Source: Eledone cirrhosa
Taxonomy: Eukaryota
Direction of reading: 5' to 3'
DNA length: 64,000 nt
Assembly: GCA_964016885.1 (NCBI GenBank)
Contig: OZ024762.1
Location: 12,586,001-12,650,000 of the forward strand
This document shows, piece by piece, positions 1 to 16,544 of this stretch. Below the pieces are notes generated by a model, which was not told the origin of the DNA, did no database searches, and was given only the letters and a program-made list of their open reading frames with translations. Every line of letters begins with the position of its first letter. Position 1 is the stretch's first letter. The position numbers and the translations under genes were made by a program.

Positions 1-34
1 TCTTTGTTGTTGTTGTTGCTGTTGTTGTTTGCTG

Positions 35-325
35 GACATGCCAACAAAGTCAGAAAACAGCACAGTTCCCATGACTTTCAGAAACATTTTTTCACACTCA
101 AAGTTGGTGAAGCATGGAACAAACTACCTGTTGTTAGCTGTCGAGACACTGCATCCTTTAAAACCTCCATGCTTCCTGAGATTCCAACATTACATCTGAT
201 ATTCCTCCTGCATACACACACATGCATGTATCATGACTGTTCACTTTCCTGACATTTATACATTATTCTATGTACAATACATGCACCTTTGATGAGTTGT
301 AGTGCACCTGAGCACTACAATAATT
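35..325 (+). mobile_element. CR1/L2-group LINE 3' fragment (3' UTR also at ~36360-36490)
   Basis: KHFFTLKVGEAWNKLP resembles the CR1 terminal motif FF-x-RV-xx-WN-x-LP. Confidence 0.65.
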
Positions 326-1181
326 TATATCGAGCAAGGCCACTTTCAAAATTTCTGAAAAACAGTAGAAGTGTTGTGTGAAAAAGAAGTTTAGGAAGAA
401 TGGTAAGATAGAAGTACTAGTTGAAGGATGTGAAGATTAGCATTGATTACTTTGAAGGTTTTAGACTGTGGTGTGTGTGTGTGTGTGTGAGAAGATTTAG
501 TGAACAGATAATTGTTTCTATTTTAGGCACAAGGCCAGCAATTACCCAGTACATTACTGGTACTTTATTTTATCGACCCCGTAAGGATGAAAGGCAAAGT
601 TAACCTCGGCGGGATTTGAACTCAGATCATAAAGGGACGTAACTCTATGCTTCAAAGTGAACAGATAATAAGAAAAATATACAAAACTGAACTGAAGTAA
701 TTTTATTTTATATTACAAAATATTAATAAAAATAAAGTGAAAACCAATTCTGTATAAACAAAACAACTCATCTAATCCATGGTGTGTTAGTAGGGTTATA
801 ACGACGATGAATTTGTTTTGTGACGTTTTCGTGTGTTGAAACTAATATTGCCAGAAATAATAACTGAACACACTCACTGTTTGGTTGGTTTTCGCTTCTG
901 TGTCTTTTATATAGCCATAGTTAATTCGTTTGGCCATCAATGTTTATCGTTCACTGACCAACGGTAAAAAAATACAGATACAAATATATATAAAGTTCTT
1001 TCGTTGCACATCTACAACATCATCACATACATATACTCACACACAACTGTCTGTCATCACATCTGTATCTGTATGTGTAGATGTGTGTGAAGATAATGTG
1101 TATGCAACTTAGTATCGAACTTGAAAACACACTCACATACAGAATGTGACTCATTGTGGTGGTGGTTTACTATACAAATGT

Positions 1182-1224
<43 letters not shown>

Positions 1225-1316
1225 TACACCGGTACCACAAAACATCCAGCACATCCTGTCAATGTGCTGAACAGGACCCGTCCTACCCTTGAAAGCAGGG
1301 AAATTGCAGATGATGA

Positions 1317-1723
1317 TTATGTATCATCATCATCAATATGCAAGCTTGTAATTGAGAGGAAGCTTGACCCCTTAGTTTTACTTATATATTTGGCCATATT
1401 CATTTTCAAAGTAATTTTTTCGTTTGCTTGCAATCGTTCTGATGATGAGAATGGAATGACAAATTTTTCCTTGATGTCAAGATTATTTGCAAATTTTTCC
1501 TTGATGTCAAGATTATTTGATGTACTTTTTTGTAAAATATTGTTATAAGTATAATCTATTGAGAGCGTAAACACCTGTGATTTTATACTGCTCGGAATCT
1601 CCAATTGGATTCCACAATTTATTTGGTAAACTCCACTTTTCAGAACAAGAAAATGTGTTTTGTTTGACAACTCTATACCACCTCTATCAGTATTAATAGT
1701 CCACCTCAAATAGGTATCTTTCT
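1317..1723 (-). CDS. TNF-like ligand, last coding exon (TNF/C1q-type jelly-roll domain)
   Basis: TTTTCAG acceptor, phase 1. Motifs LRW, GGIELSN, LVLKSGVYQINCGIQL, LQANEKITL and SFLSITSL resemble TNF homology domain strands. Spliced CDS 264+28+42+407=741 nt, giving 246 aa + stop. Confidence 0.8.
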
Positions 1724-2101
1724 CTGAAAAGAAAAGAAAAAAAAAGTAATAATAATGATTTCTGTATTAGCCACTCAGGGTTCACATTAAGGAAACATTA
1801 AAGATGATACAGTGCGGGTTTTTCTTTGTGTAAAATCACATTTATAAAAAAGACTAAGAAAATAAACATTGAAAACAAAAATTTGAGGAGACTCTAAGGG
1901 TCACTTGTGTAGGAATCCCACAAAAGCCATGGTCACCCTGTCCGCTAAGGTAAAGTGCCCTCCCCCAATCTACAGGTGTATGCAGGCCCAGTCACACAGA
2001 CCATGCTTGTTACTCTCACCCACCTTTTGACAAAATAATAATAAAAATAATGGTTTCTGATTTAGGCACAAGGCCAGCAATTTGGGGGAGGGGAAAGTTG
2101 A

Positions 2102-2307
2102 TTAACCCTTTAGCATTTAAACCAGCTAGCATTCTTTCACCTCTTTCTGTTTCAATTGGCTGTAACTGACCACTCATACTGATGTTAAGGTATTGTTCTC
2201 GAAATACATAATATCAAATTCTCATAGATTTGATATTATGTGAGGTAAAGTCTTTACTGTGAAAATACAATAGTATATTTCGAGTAATGTAAATGATAAA
2301 AGGTTAA
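2102..2307 (+). mobile_element. Non-autonomous piggyBac MITE (~205-225 bp), inserted inside a SINE
   Basis: TTAA-CCCTTTAGCATTT...AAATGATAAAAGG-TTAA. Confidence 0.8.
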
Positions 2308-2661
2308 ATCGACCCAGTGTGTTACTGGTACTTTATTTTATCGACCCCTGTTAGGATGAAAGGCAAAGTTAACCTCATATTATATATATATATATATAAA
2401 ATAAACACAGGAGATTAATCATTATTGCAAGGTATCTCTCTCTATATATATGCATATATATATATACACATATGCATATATATACATATGCATATATATA
2501 CTCATATATACATAAATATGTATATATATGTATATATATATATATATACATATATATACTCATATATGTATATATATGTATATATATATATATATACATA
2601 TATATGTATGTATACATATATATATATATATATATACATATATATGTATGTATACATATAT

Positions 2662-3302
2662 CATCATCATCACCGTTTTACGTCCGTTCTTCCATGCTAG
2701 CATGCTTTACAGTGTGGACTGGGTGCTTTTTTGCCGTGGCACCTCCCCAACCACTTTGCAGTGGAAGGGTGTGGGGGCATATTGTCTATATGCTTCACCT
2801 TGTACCCATGGGAGGTCGGGTACTCTGTATTACTGCGTGACGCCAGAGGTCACGGTCGTGTAAGGTCGGCTTTTATCACCTCCTCCCAGGTCTCCACACT
2901 CCGCGGTTTCCAATGACTTCTAGTGCTCTGCACCTTTTTATGCAGCTGTCATCCTTCATATGCATCACATGTCCATACCAACGCAACCGCCTCTCCTGCA
3001 CACAGCATTTGATTCCTCTTATGCTCAGTCTCTCTCTCAATTCATTTATGCTTTGCCGTTCGCGTATATTACTATTACACATCCATCGGAGCATGCAGGC
3101 TTCGTTTCTTTCTAATCTACGTTAGTCTTCCACCTTCTGCGCCCAGGTCTCACTACCATGTAACATTGCTGTTCGTATACACGCATCATACAGTTTGCCT
3201 TTCATTTTGAGGAAAAAGCCTTTTGCAGCTAGCAGTGGCAGTAGCTCCCTGAACTTCTTCCATCCCGTTCTTACCCTAGTTATTGTACTTTCTGAACACC
3301 CA
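2662..3302 (-). mobile_element. RTE LINE 3' fragment (same family as the intact copy)
   Basis: Near-identical to 29770-30600, including the (CAT)n tail. Confidence 0.88.
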
Positions 3303-3364
3303 CTAGGGTAAGAACGAGATGGAAGAAGTTCAGGGAACTACTGCCATATATATATACATATAGG

Positions 3365-4358
3365 TAGCAAAAGTGTCCACAGGATACTAGCCCCTTGTAT
3401 TGCCCAGATGGTTCTATAGAAATAGTAGACACTTTCCGTTACCTGGGTGACGAAATCAGCAGTGGTGGAGGGTGTTCTGAAAGTGCAGTAGCCAGAGTCA
3501 GAACGGGATGGAAAAAGTTCAGAGAGCTTATACCACTGTAAAGGTTTCTCTCTAAAAATGAAAGGCAGATTGTATGATGCTTGTATACGAACAGCAATGC
3601 TACATGGCAGTGAGACTTGAGAATTACGTGCAGAGGACCTGCGTAGACTGGAAAGGAACGAAGCATGCATGCTCCATTGGATGTGTAATAGTAATATATG
3701 TGAACGGCAAAGCATAAATGAACTAAGTGAGAAATTAGGAATAAGAGGGATCAGATGCTGTTTACTCGAGAGAAGACTACGTTGGTATGGCCATGTGATG
3801 CACATGAAAGACGACAGCTGTATAAAAAAGTGCAGGGCGATCAAATTTGATGGTAGTTACGGAGTAGGCAGACCCAGAAAAACCTGGGACAACTTGATAA
3901 ATTCCGACCTCACACACTTACACCTCTCCAAGACAATGTCACTGGACCGAGATCTTTGGCGCGACACAGTAATAGAGAAGACCCGCCTTACCTAAATACA
4001 AAGTAAAACCTACTACAGTCAGTAGGCACCTCTAACAAAATACACCCCCACCCCATCACCCCTTTCAAAGTAAAGTTATGTTGGTACCACAACATCCAGG
4101 CCGAAACAAATGAGGTGGTGTAGGTGTCACGACAAAAAAAAAACACACAGTCCACGCTGTAATGTGGCCGTGTAGGTAACACGGTAAAAACCTCCCAGTT
4201 CCACACTGTAAATGTGGTTGGTGTTAGGAAGGGCATCCAGCCGTAGAAAACCCGCCAGACAGTCCTATGCGAGCAAGACAACCACTCTTGCCTCAAGTGG
4301 GAAAACCCCCGTCCAAACCCATGCAAGCGTGGAATATGGACGTTAAACGATGATGATG
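3365..4358 (+). mobile_element. RTE LINE 3' fragment, second subfamily
   Basis: Encodes MLHWMC...RRLRWYGHV...GRPRKTW, with a distinct 3' UTR ending (GAT)n. UTR-only copies are at 15338-15735 (+) and 61978-62218 (-). Confidence 0.85.
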
Positions 4359-4640
4359 ATAGATATATATATATATATAGATAGATAGATATAGAGATAG
4401 ATATAGAGATATATATATAGATATATATAGATATAGATATAGATAGATTTCTTTATTTATATATAGATATAGATATATAGATATAGATAGATAGATAGAT
4501 AGATATATTTCTTTATTAGCCACAGGGGCACAAAAGAAGGGGACAAATACAAAGGGGGAAGTTTACATACAATATATAGATAGATAGATAGATATAGATA
4601 GATATATAGATAGAGATATATAGATAGATATATATATATA

Positions 4641-5020
4641 ATGAAAAATTGAACAGGGACAGAACAGAGAGGCAGTACGATAAATGTTTATTAAATTCAC
4701 GCTCAGGAGAGTGGGGGGTAGGTGCGGGACGACGTTTCGGGCATAAGCCCTTCTTCAGGTGAGAAGTGTATGGGAACAGAGTTCAAAAGGTGTGTAGGGG
4801 AGTGGTGGAGAGACATATAGCGAAAGGAAACGGTGCGAATGAAAAATTAACAAATAAAGACAAAAATATAATAAATAAAAATAAAGCATGATCAAATACG
4901 GAAAAAAAGGGGTACGGTAACAAAATCAAACAGAGGTAATGCGTGGAAGGAAAGACAAAGTGTGGGAAGGTGTGTAAAGTTCGGAGAAAGGTTACGGCGG
5001 ATTAGATCGGGGTTGAGCCA
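4641..5020 (-). mobile_element. PLE pLTR-like fragment with a minimal hammerhead core at ~4728-4760
   Basis: Minus strand reads CTGAAGA-AGGGCTTATGCCC-GAAACGTCGTC followed by AATAAA. Flanked by (TA)/(GATA) tracts. Stem I is not evident. Confidence 0.55.
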
Positions 5021-5058
5021 TATATAGATATATAGATAGATATATATATATAGATACG

Positions 5059-6115
5059 TTTCTTTTATTTGCCACCAGGGCATCAAAAGTGGGAAAAGTA
5101 CAATGGGGGGAGTTTACAAAACAAGGCGTCCTCAATAAGGAGGAGGCAATAACAATATATAAAAATAAAATAAAATATAACAAAAAATAAAATTTATAAC
5201 AAAGTCCTCAATAGGCTTGGGGGGTCGCACACACCCCCGAAAAAAGTGTGCAACCCTTCTCCTCAGGAGCACAGAGAAGGGGTGCTCCCTTGGTCTTTCA
5301 TCTTCCTCACCTATAGTCTGATGTAGAGTGAAGGCCCATTCACACGGGCCATTCTCGCCACTTTCACCCATCTTTCATAGAAACGGCTGGGGTGCAGCAC
5401 CTCTCTCTCCATCCTGATCCTTCTTCCGAAATGATATCGGAAGAAACGGACCAGTTGTTGGCCAGAGAGAAAGGTGTCTGACCTCAGTCCTTTCAGACGC
5501 GTCCACCATACAACCTCTTTCGCCATGGCTATTACGCACAGAAACACCACCTCTCCTTCGTTTTTGAAGAGGGGAGGTGGCTTGATCGTTACAATAGACT
5601 CGGTGGTCAACCGGATTGGTCCCACCCTTGACAGCAGTTGTTCGACATAACCCCACAGATCGGCAATGCCCGAGCAGTGTACCAATGCGTGTGCAACGGT
5701 TTCCTCGTCGCACACGCATCTGGGACAGATCTTTTTTGATGGGTCCCTACCCGGGCGCCCGTGTCTGTAGAGCCTTTCTCGAACGGGCAGAGCCCTCCTG
5801 TAGCATTGCCAGGCCAGGGACCTCTGGAAGTTGTCCATGGGTCCCGGGCTGAATGTCCTACCGAACAGGTTGGCCAGTTCGTCTTCCTCCATGCCTAGGG
5901 CTTCTCCGAGGGCGTCATCGCACCTGCTAACCACCAGCCCTCTATAGAATGACGAGGTGGATTCTCCACCGACAGCCGGGTCCGCCTGCCAGAGAGCCGT
6001 GAGCGCCTGGGCACACTCGGTGTGCCAGGCGCCCAGTTTTCTCGGTCTTTGCTTGACCCAGGATTGCAGCTCGGTGAGTGAGACGAGTCTGGGAAAGGCT
6101 CGCCTCACAAACGGG
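5059..6115 (-). mobile_element. Tx1/L1-clade LINE, 5'-truncated (same family as 30949-32206)
   Basis: ORF 5311-6162 has the same C-terminal zinc-knuckle region. The 3' end lies in an (ATCT/AT)n tract. A further short 3' end is at 4507-4570. Confidence 0.85.
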
Positions 6116-6448
6116 TAAAATGATGATGAGATACTGGGTTCAATCGGGGGTAACCACAGCAAGTAAGGTAGTCAATACATAGCAGAGTATATACAATATT
6201 TAATATAGGAATGACTTCTACGGGACTAGAAAGAACTATTTCATTCGAAGGAAATTTCCTGAGTATTTCCTAGATACACTCTGTCTGATAACCACATCCA
6301 GCCAAGCTTTGTAACTGACACTCTTGTGGACGGCCACAAGACGAAGTAATAACTAATCGAAATATATAAATCTAGACAGGAATACTATAGCCAAGTATAA
6401 TACAAAACTATGAGAAAGTACCAAAATATTACAACTAAATATACTTAC

Positions 6449-6490
6449 TCTTATCATACCCATCAGTTATGATATCATATGAGACGTAGA
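6449..6490 (-). CDS. TNF-like ligand, coding exon 3 (42 nt, FYVSYDIITDGYDK)
   Basis: CTTTCAG acceptor and GTAAGT donor, phase 1 to 1. Joins in frame to the last exon. Confidence 0.7.
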
Positions 6491-6701
6491 CTGAAAGATA
6501 GGTAGGAAAAAAAATATATTTTATTATCTTAGAGAAGTTAAGGAGAAATGCAACATAAATTTAAACAATGAAGATAGAATTAATAAAATTAACCCTTCCA
6601 TGACCATATTTTTAATCAAATACACTTTATTTCATTTTATTAATGAAGAATTTTGAGGGATTTACTAAAATTATTAATTATTGCATTACTAAGATAGTAA
6701 C

Positions 6702-7524
6702 TTAACCCTTTAGCATTTACATTACTCTATATATACTATTGTATTTTCACAGTAAAGGCTTTACCTCACATAATATCTCACATAACATTTACATTACTCT
6801 ATATATACAATTGTATTTTCACAGTAAAGGCTTTACCTCACATAATATCTCACATAACATTTACATTACTCTATATATACTATTATATTTTCACAGTAAA
6901 GGCTTTACCTCACATAATATCTCACATAACATTTATATTACTCTATATATATTATTATATTTTCAAAGTAAAGGCTTTACCTCACATAGTATCTCACATT
7001 ATATTTACATTACTCTATATATACTATCGTATTTTCACAGTAAAGACTTTACCTCACATAACATTTACATTACTCTATATATACTATTGTATTTTCACAG
7101 TAAAGGCTTTACCTCACATAATATCTCACATAACATTTACATTACTCTATACATACTATTGTATTTTCACAGTAAAGGCTTTACCTCATATAATATCTCA
7201 CATAACATTTACATTACTCTATATATACTATTGTATTTTCACAGTAAAGGCTTTACCTCATATAATACCTCACATAACATTTACATTACTCTATATATAC
7301 TATTGTATTTTCACAGTAAAGGTTTTACCTCACATAATATCTCACATAACATTTACATTACTCTATATATACTATTGTATTTTCACAGTAAAGACTTTAC
7401 CTCACATAATATCTCGCATAACATTTACATTACTCTATATATACTATTGTATTTTCACAGTAAAGGCTTTACCTCATATAATATTGTATCTATGAAATTT
7501 TGATGTCATTATTTTTAGAACAAT
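6702..7524 (-). repeat. 72-bp minisatellite (~11 units) inside a piggyBac MITE
   Basis: Begins TTAACCCTTTAGCATTTAC, then repeats with a 72-bp period. This explains the spurious SHNIYITLYILLYFHSKGFT ORF. Confidence 0.9.
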
Positions 7525-8945
7525 AGGGCGGTGGATTGGCAGTATCGGTAGCGGGGTCGGATGCTATGCTTTGCAGAAAAGAGTTACGGCCCTTTATGGT
7601 CTGAGTTCAAATCCCGCCGAGGTCTACTTTGCCTTTCATCCATACGGGGTCGATAAAATAAAGTACCAGTAATACACTGGGATAATTGCTGGTCTTGTGC
7701 CAAAAGTAGAAAAAATTATTTTAACATCAGTCTGGTGGCTCAGTTCAGATCTAGCTATCGAAACGGCCGGAGCTCAGCCATCGGGGTCCTGACTCTCTTC
7801 CTATTACCCTAAGTATTAAGTACTCTGGTGTGTCATGGTCCACCTGGTATCTTACCACACTCTCTTTATATAGTTGCCTGAATGTCTGGTTGTAATCAAG
7901 AAAGAGTCCTCACTATGTAATCATAAAACTACGTCATAGTGTATAAAACACAGGGTAGTCCCAGAATGAGGTGAAAAAACATATATATATATAAACATTT
8001 GAATATGTGTAATATGTGTAATAAGGCCAAGACAATGCAGGTATGGACATAGAAAAAAGAATGCAATAGTGAAAGATATTGATGTGAATTCGTCTTTCAC
8101 CTTGAATTTATTTAAATGTCCTTAATTTTCGAGATAATATCTCTTCTTCGGAGGGAAGTAAAAGTCTCAAACCAGCTAGTCAGCATGGCTTGACTAGAGA
8201 TTTAAAGACGCTGGTTTGAGACCTTTACTTCCCTCCGAAGAAGAGATATTATCTCGAAAATTAAGGACATTTAAATAAATTCAAGGTGAAAGACGAATTC
8301 ACATCAATATCTTTCACTATTGCATTCTTTTTTCTATGTCCATACCTGCATTGTCTTGGCCTTATTACACATATTCAAACGTTTATACCTCATTACACAA
8401 TGCTTCAAGTGAACTATAACCTCCTCCCATATATATATATATGGGAAGGGAAGTAAGGCTCTATATTAAACTGGTTATAGAGAAAAGATGAGATTGGATT
8501 GGAAATAGCACGGAAAATATATTTAAGGGTCTGTTTTTCTTTTTTTTCTTTTCTTTGATTCGTCAAAGTGATATTATTGAAAAAATGAGAGGGACAATTT
8601 ATTTTTAAAAAAGTTTTATAATGTTTAGAAAGTATAACCAGTTTTGATGTATTAGTAAAATTTATCTTGTGAAATTCTGAGTATTACAATTAGAAAGAAT
8701 TAATAAGAATTAAAAACTAAAAAAATTAAAGATTTAAAGTTAAGTGTTGAGGTAAGTTTTTTTCATCTTCCTTGTTGGGAAGGAGACTGGAGACTGAGCT
8801 ATTGTGTATATAGAGAGAGGTGTAGTCATAAAGTAGCAGCAGTGGTATGTGTGGTTCTTCACATAGAACAAAATTACATATTTAATTTTGATTTAAATTT
8901 ATTAATTAATATTTATTCTTTGTTGTTGAGTGAAAGAATCGGGTC

Positions 8946-11709
<2,764 letters not shown>

Positions 11710-12228
11710 CATCATCACTGTTTTACGTCCATTCTGTGATGATATATACATATATGTGTGTGTGTGTGTGTGTGTGTGTAAATATATATATATATATACA
11801 TAATAATTGTTTCTACTTTTGGCACAAGGCCAGCAATTACCCAGTGCATTACTGGTACTTTATTTTATCGACCCCGTAAGGATGAAAGGCAAAGTAAACC
11901 TCGGCGGGATTTGAACTCAGACCGTAAAGGGACGTAACTATGCTGGAAAGCATGGCGTCCGACTCTCTACCGATACTGCCAATCCACAATTCGTTTGCAA
12001 GCAAATGGCCTTACTAAACTATGCTGTGTTTTGATGGCAATTGCGACGCCATCTTGCTTGTTCAACAATAGCACTGAGGAACAATCAACATGTTTCTGGG
12101 TCATTACCCTTCACCGGGATTATATACCTCTCTGCTACTCAATTGAACTGGTGATGATGATGATCACTATATACGACTTTATGGATATATGGAAGGAATG
12201 TGAAATAAATACAAAATATTTAACTTAC

Positions 12229-12256
12229 AGTTTTGCTTCTGTTTTTTGTCTCTTAG
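12229..12256 (-). CDS. TNF-like ligand, coding exon 2 (28-nt micro-exon, LRDKKQKQN)
   Basis: Pyrimidine tract + TTTTCAG acceptor and GTAAGT donor. Phase 0 to 1 fits exons 1 and 3 with no stop. Confidence 0.7.
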
Positions 12257-12379
12257 CTGAAAAAGAAAGAAAAGAAAAATTTAAATAATTTACGATGGTG
12301 ACAACCATTGTTTATCTATATCAACACTTACAATATTAATCTCAACGAAAAAAGATAAAATATTAATTCCTATAAGTAA

Positions 12380-12603
12380 TTAACCTTTTAGCATTTAAAC
12401 CGACCATATCTGGCCAGAATTCTCTCACCTCTTTGTTTTCAAAACCGGCCATAACTGGCTGCTCATACTGATTTTAAGGTATTGTTCTCAAAATAAATAA
12501 TATTAAAATCTCATAGATTCGATATTATGTGAGATATTTATTGAGGTAAACTGTTTACTGTGAAAATACAATATATAAAGTAATGTAAATGCTAAAGGGT
12601 TAA
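12380..12603 (+). mobile_element. piggyBac MITE (short inverted partial copy follows at 12613-12730)
   Basis: TTAA target sites and terminal inverted repeats (TIRs) as in the other copies. Confidence 0.8.
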
Positions 12604-13206
12604 ATATATCAATCCTTTAGCATTTACATTACTCTATATTTATTATTGTATTTTCACAGTAAAGGCTTTACGACACATAATATCTCACATAACATTTATA
12701 TTACTCTATATATACTATTGTAAAGGGTTGAACTTATGCCAGAATCTTGATTTACCAACTACAATAAGTCAGTTTTAGTCATATTCCCTAACCATGCTTC
12801 TAAAATCAAGAAACGATATCGATTATTTTGAAACATTCAAACAACAATTTTAGAAGAATTTATTCCATCTTCAGGGAAGAATTCTTTGGAACAGTGGGAA
12901 ATATTGAACATATGTTACTGTGACCACATGCTGTCAAACATGTTGTATTGAATATATCTCTCCTTATAAGGACAATACAACAGGTTTATATCGACCTTGA
13001 TATTTTTGCTTCAGTTTAATAGGTTATATATATATATGATGCAACACTGATTGTTTGTTCTCTTACATAGCAAGGAAAAGTGGACATAAAATGATGATAT
13101 ATACATTATAAAACTCTTTTTTAAAAGAATTTTCCTGCTCATTTTTTTCAATAAAAAAGAAATACAGACCCTTAAATATATTTTCCGTGCTATTTCCAAT
13201 TTCACC

Positions 13207-13272
<66 letters not shown>

Positions 13273-14420
13273 TAGATGAGTTAATACAACGATATAAGGG
13301 CAAAGAATAGTTCAATTAAGAAAGAAAAAAAGAAAGAGAGAGAGAAGGAAAGAAAAAAAGAAAGTTTTATCCAATCAGTAAATTTCGAATCACAATAGTT
13401 TTAGAATATTACAGAGAGATGCGTACCCCGAAATGTCGCCTACGAAAGAATACATTAACCACCATGTATATATGTATATATATGTATATATATATACGTA
13501 TATATATATTGGAAAATGTGTGAGATTCTTGGTAGGGTTAGGTATATTTGTAAAAAAGGAAAAGAATGACTTCACTTGTAGTGTTAAAAATTTGATTTAA
13601 TTTTATAATATTATGAGTTGGTAGATCTAGTATGTTAACAAAGAACTTACTAGATCTACCAACTCATAATATTATAAAATTAAATCAAATTATTTAGCAC
13701 TACAAGTGAAATCATTCTTTTTTTTTTTTCAAATATATATATATAACGAAGGGAGTGTAGTAAGGAACCAGATGGACCATAACGCACCAGAGTACTCAAT
13801 ATTTAGGGTAGTAGAGTGGGTAATAGGAAAAAGTTTAACTCCGACGGCAGAGCTCAAGCCGTCGAAACGGCTTGAGCTCTGCTGTCGGAGTTAAACATTT
13901 TCCTATATATATATCATCATCATCATCATCATCATCATTTTACGTCCGCTTTTCCCTGCTTGCAAGGGTGGGACACGAACTGGTTTTGGCTTGATTTCTA
14001 CAGCTGGGTGCTTTTTTGCCGTGGCACCTACACGTCCACTTTGCAGTGGAATGATAGGGACTCCAGTCACTATCATCTCATTTCTACAGCTGAGTAAACT
14101 GGAGCAACGTGAAATAAAGTGTCTTGCTCAAGGAAACAACACATCACCTGGTCTGAGAATTGAACTCACAACCTTTCGATTATATATATATATTATAATA
14201 ATGAAAGAATGTAGTTGTTATTAATCTTATTACAGTAATGAACAAGTTGGGAGAAAAAAAACAACTTATAATAATAAACTGGACAAGAAAGGGGTGAAAC
14301 TTTACTCCAGGTGAGTCTGAAACATGCGACTTGCAAACTACTTTACAATAAACCCGCGATAGAATAATTTTTTTGTGTCTAATATTTTCCAAAAAGTTGG
14401 TTAATTTGTTCCTGTTTAAA

Positions 14421-14595
14421 TACTCATATTTCTCGGCGCCTAAGACACTTCGTCCTTGAAACGCACCTTAATTTTGACAAACGAAAATTTGAAAAAAATA
14501 AAATAATAAACAACCTTCGGCCTCCAGGACGCGGTAGATTTTTTTAGACTTATTTTAGGAGGAAAATAGCATCTTCGACGTCAGGAAATACGGTA
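14421..14595. mobile_element. Tc1/mariner(pogo)-type MITE
   Basis: Degenerate TIRs TACTCATATTTCTCGGCG / CGTCAGGAAATACGGTA with TA ends. Confidence 0.45.
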
Positions 14596-14681
14596 TATAT
14601 ATATATATATATATATATAAATGAAAAGTATAGAAATTTTTGTAGCAAGAAGCCAACAGTATTCCATAATATTTAAGTGAC

Positions 14682-14714
<33 letters not shown>

Positions 14715-14858
14715 GACCAAAGATTAATATGGTTCATTGATTACTCAACGAATAAAGTTTTACAATAGATTAGAAGCACTCAACAAAGAAGTTTTCCTGG
14801 AGTTTTTAATATTATTCAAAATGTTAACAAATGAAAAATATTCGCATAATCAAAATAT

Positions 14859-14928
14859 ATACTTTATTATATATATTTCAAAGGTACTGTGCTGTATTTT
14901 TTTAATACGTCCTCATCAGACAAAATAC
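14859..14928 (-). ncRNA. Type-I hammerhead ribozyme motif (family also at 40633-40880)
   Basis: Minus strand reads TATTTTGT-CTGATGA-GGAC...GTACCTTT-GAAA-TATATA-TA-ATAAAGTA. Confidence 0.55.
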
Positions 14929-15218
14929 AGGAATTGAATAATCAAGACCGTAGCGGTATGTCATATATCAAATCATATATTTTGTCTGATGAGGACGTAC
15001 TACACAGAATAAAGTATATATTTTGATTATGAGAATATTTTTTATTTAACATTTTGAATAATACAATGTGTATATATATATGTGTGTGTGTTAGGTAATT
15101 CCGAATAAAAAGCAAAGGAAAAAAGAGTGCTCTATGTATAAAACAGAGCTATTTAATTAGAAAGTGAACAACACAATATATTACTCCATTATCAAAGGTT
15201 TCTGGATCGGTCATCAGA

Positions 15219-15275
15219 CTGATGACCGATCCAGACATATTAATATTGTTTGGGATCCAGAAACCTTTGGTAATG
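15219..15275 (+). ncRNA. Hammerhead-like core (family also at 48876-49045)
   Basis: CTGATGA-ccGATCCAGACA...TGTTTGGGATCca-GAAA-CC-ttt-GG-TA. The 5' stem I strand is lost at the fold-back junction. Confidence 0.5.
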
Positions 15276-15305
15276 GGGAAGTTATATTTTGCGTTGTTCA
15301 CTTTC

Positions 15306-15339
<34 letters not shown>

Positions 15340-16087
15340 ACCTAAATACAAAGTAAAACCTACTACAGTCAGTAGGCATCTCTAACAAAATACACCCCCG
15401 TCCCACCACCCCCACCCCATCCACACCGCCCCCTTCTATGTAAAGTTATGTTGGTGCCACACCATCCAGGCCGAAACAAATGAGATCGTGTAGGTGTCAC
15501 GACAAAAAAACACACAGTCCACGCTGTAATGTGGCCGTGTAGGCAACGCGGTAAAAACCTCCCAGACCCACACTGTAAATGTGGTTGGTGTTAGGAAGGG
15601 CATCCAACTGTAGAAAACCTGCCAGACAGTCCTATGCGAGCAAGACAATCACTCTTGCCTCAAGTGGGACTACCCCCGTCCAAACCCATGCAAGCGTGGA
15701 ACACGGACGTTAAACGATGATGATGATGATGATGATTGTAGAATATATCGTAATTTACAATAAAATAGAAAACAAACGGAATGAACTTAATTGCCGTCTT
15801 GCCCGCGGGTCGGAGCACATCTTGCCCTAGGCCCTATCACCTCTCTATTGCGACACAAGAGATCTTCCTTTTCCTTCTTCCTTTCTCTCTATATTTCCCT
15901 ATTCTTTCTTTCCCTTTGTCCACCCCCTCTTATATTATAGTTGTCACTATCTTATTGTTACGGTAGTAAACTATATAGAAACTACTATACTAAGCAGTTA
16001 TGACTATTTTCTCTCATAACAATAAGAAAAATAAAATAATTTTACGACTTTAAAAAAAATAAATAAAGACAGTCATAACAATATATA

Positions 16088-16400
16088 TACAGTTGTTTCC
16101 CGATATTCGCGGGGTTTATGTTCCTAGACCATACGCGAAGAGTGAAAAAACCGCGAATATTGGACGTGGTCCGTAAAAATGCCTATAAACGTCAAAATAT
16201 AAAGTAAAATATAATTTTTTAAAAAATAGGGAGCTTTCTTATGCGAAGGGGTGTCCAATAGGCCGACAAAGACGGTAAATTGTTATTCATAATTTAGTGC
16301 CACTTAAAGAACCATTCAAAAAATCGTGGAAGATATTTCCGATTCCGCGAATATGCGGTGGTTTCCACGAATTAGGTTCTAAGGGAAATTCTGCGAATGT
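16088..16400. mobile_element. Tigger/pogo-like MITE remnant
   Basis: TA-CAGTTGTTTCCCGATATTCGCGGG end and repeated CGCGAATAT motifs. Confidence 0.4.
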
Positions 16401-16544
16401 GGGGGGGGGGGGCATGGTTCGCCCCTTAATAATTATATTTTTCTCCCCAAACTACCAAAACACACATCTATTTGTAAATGTGCTACAATTTATGTACATG
16501 TTATTTTTATCGCACATCGAAGTTTTTTTTATATCTTGGTAGAT

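Noticed and set aside
6739-7503. 254-aa repetitive ORF (also 32563-33016 and 59794-60477)
   Set aside because: It is a by-product of the 72-bp MITE minisatellite.
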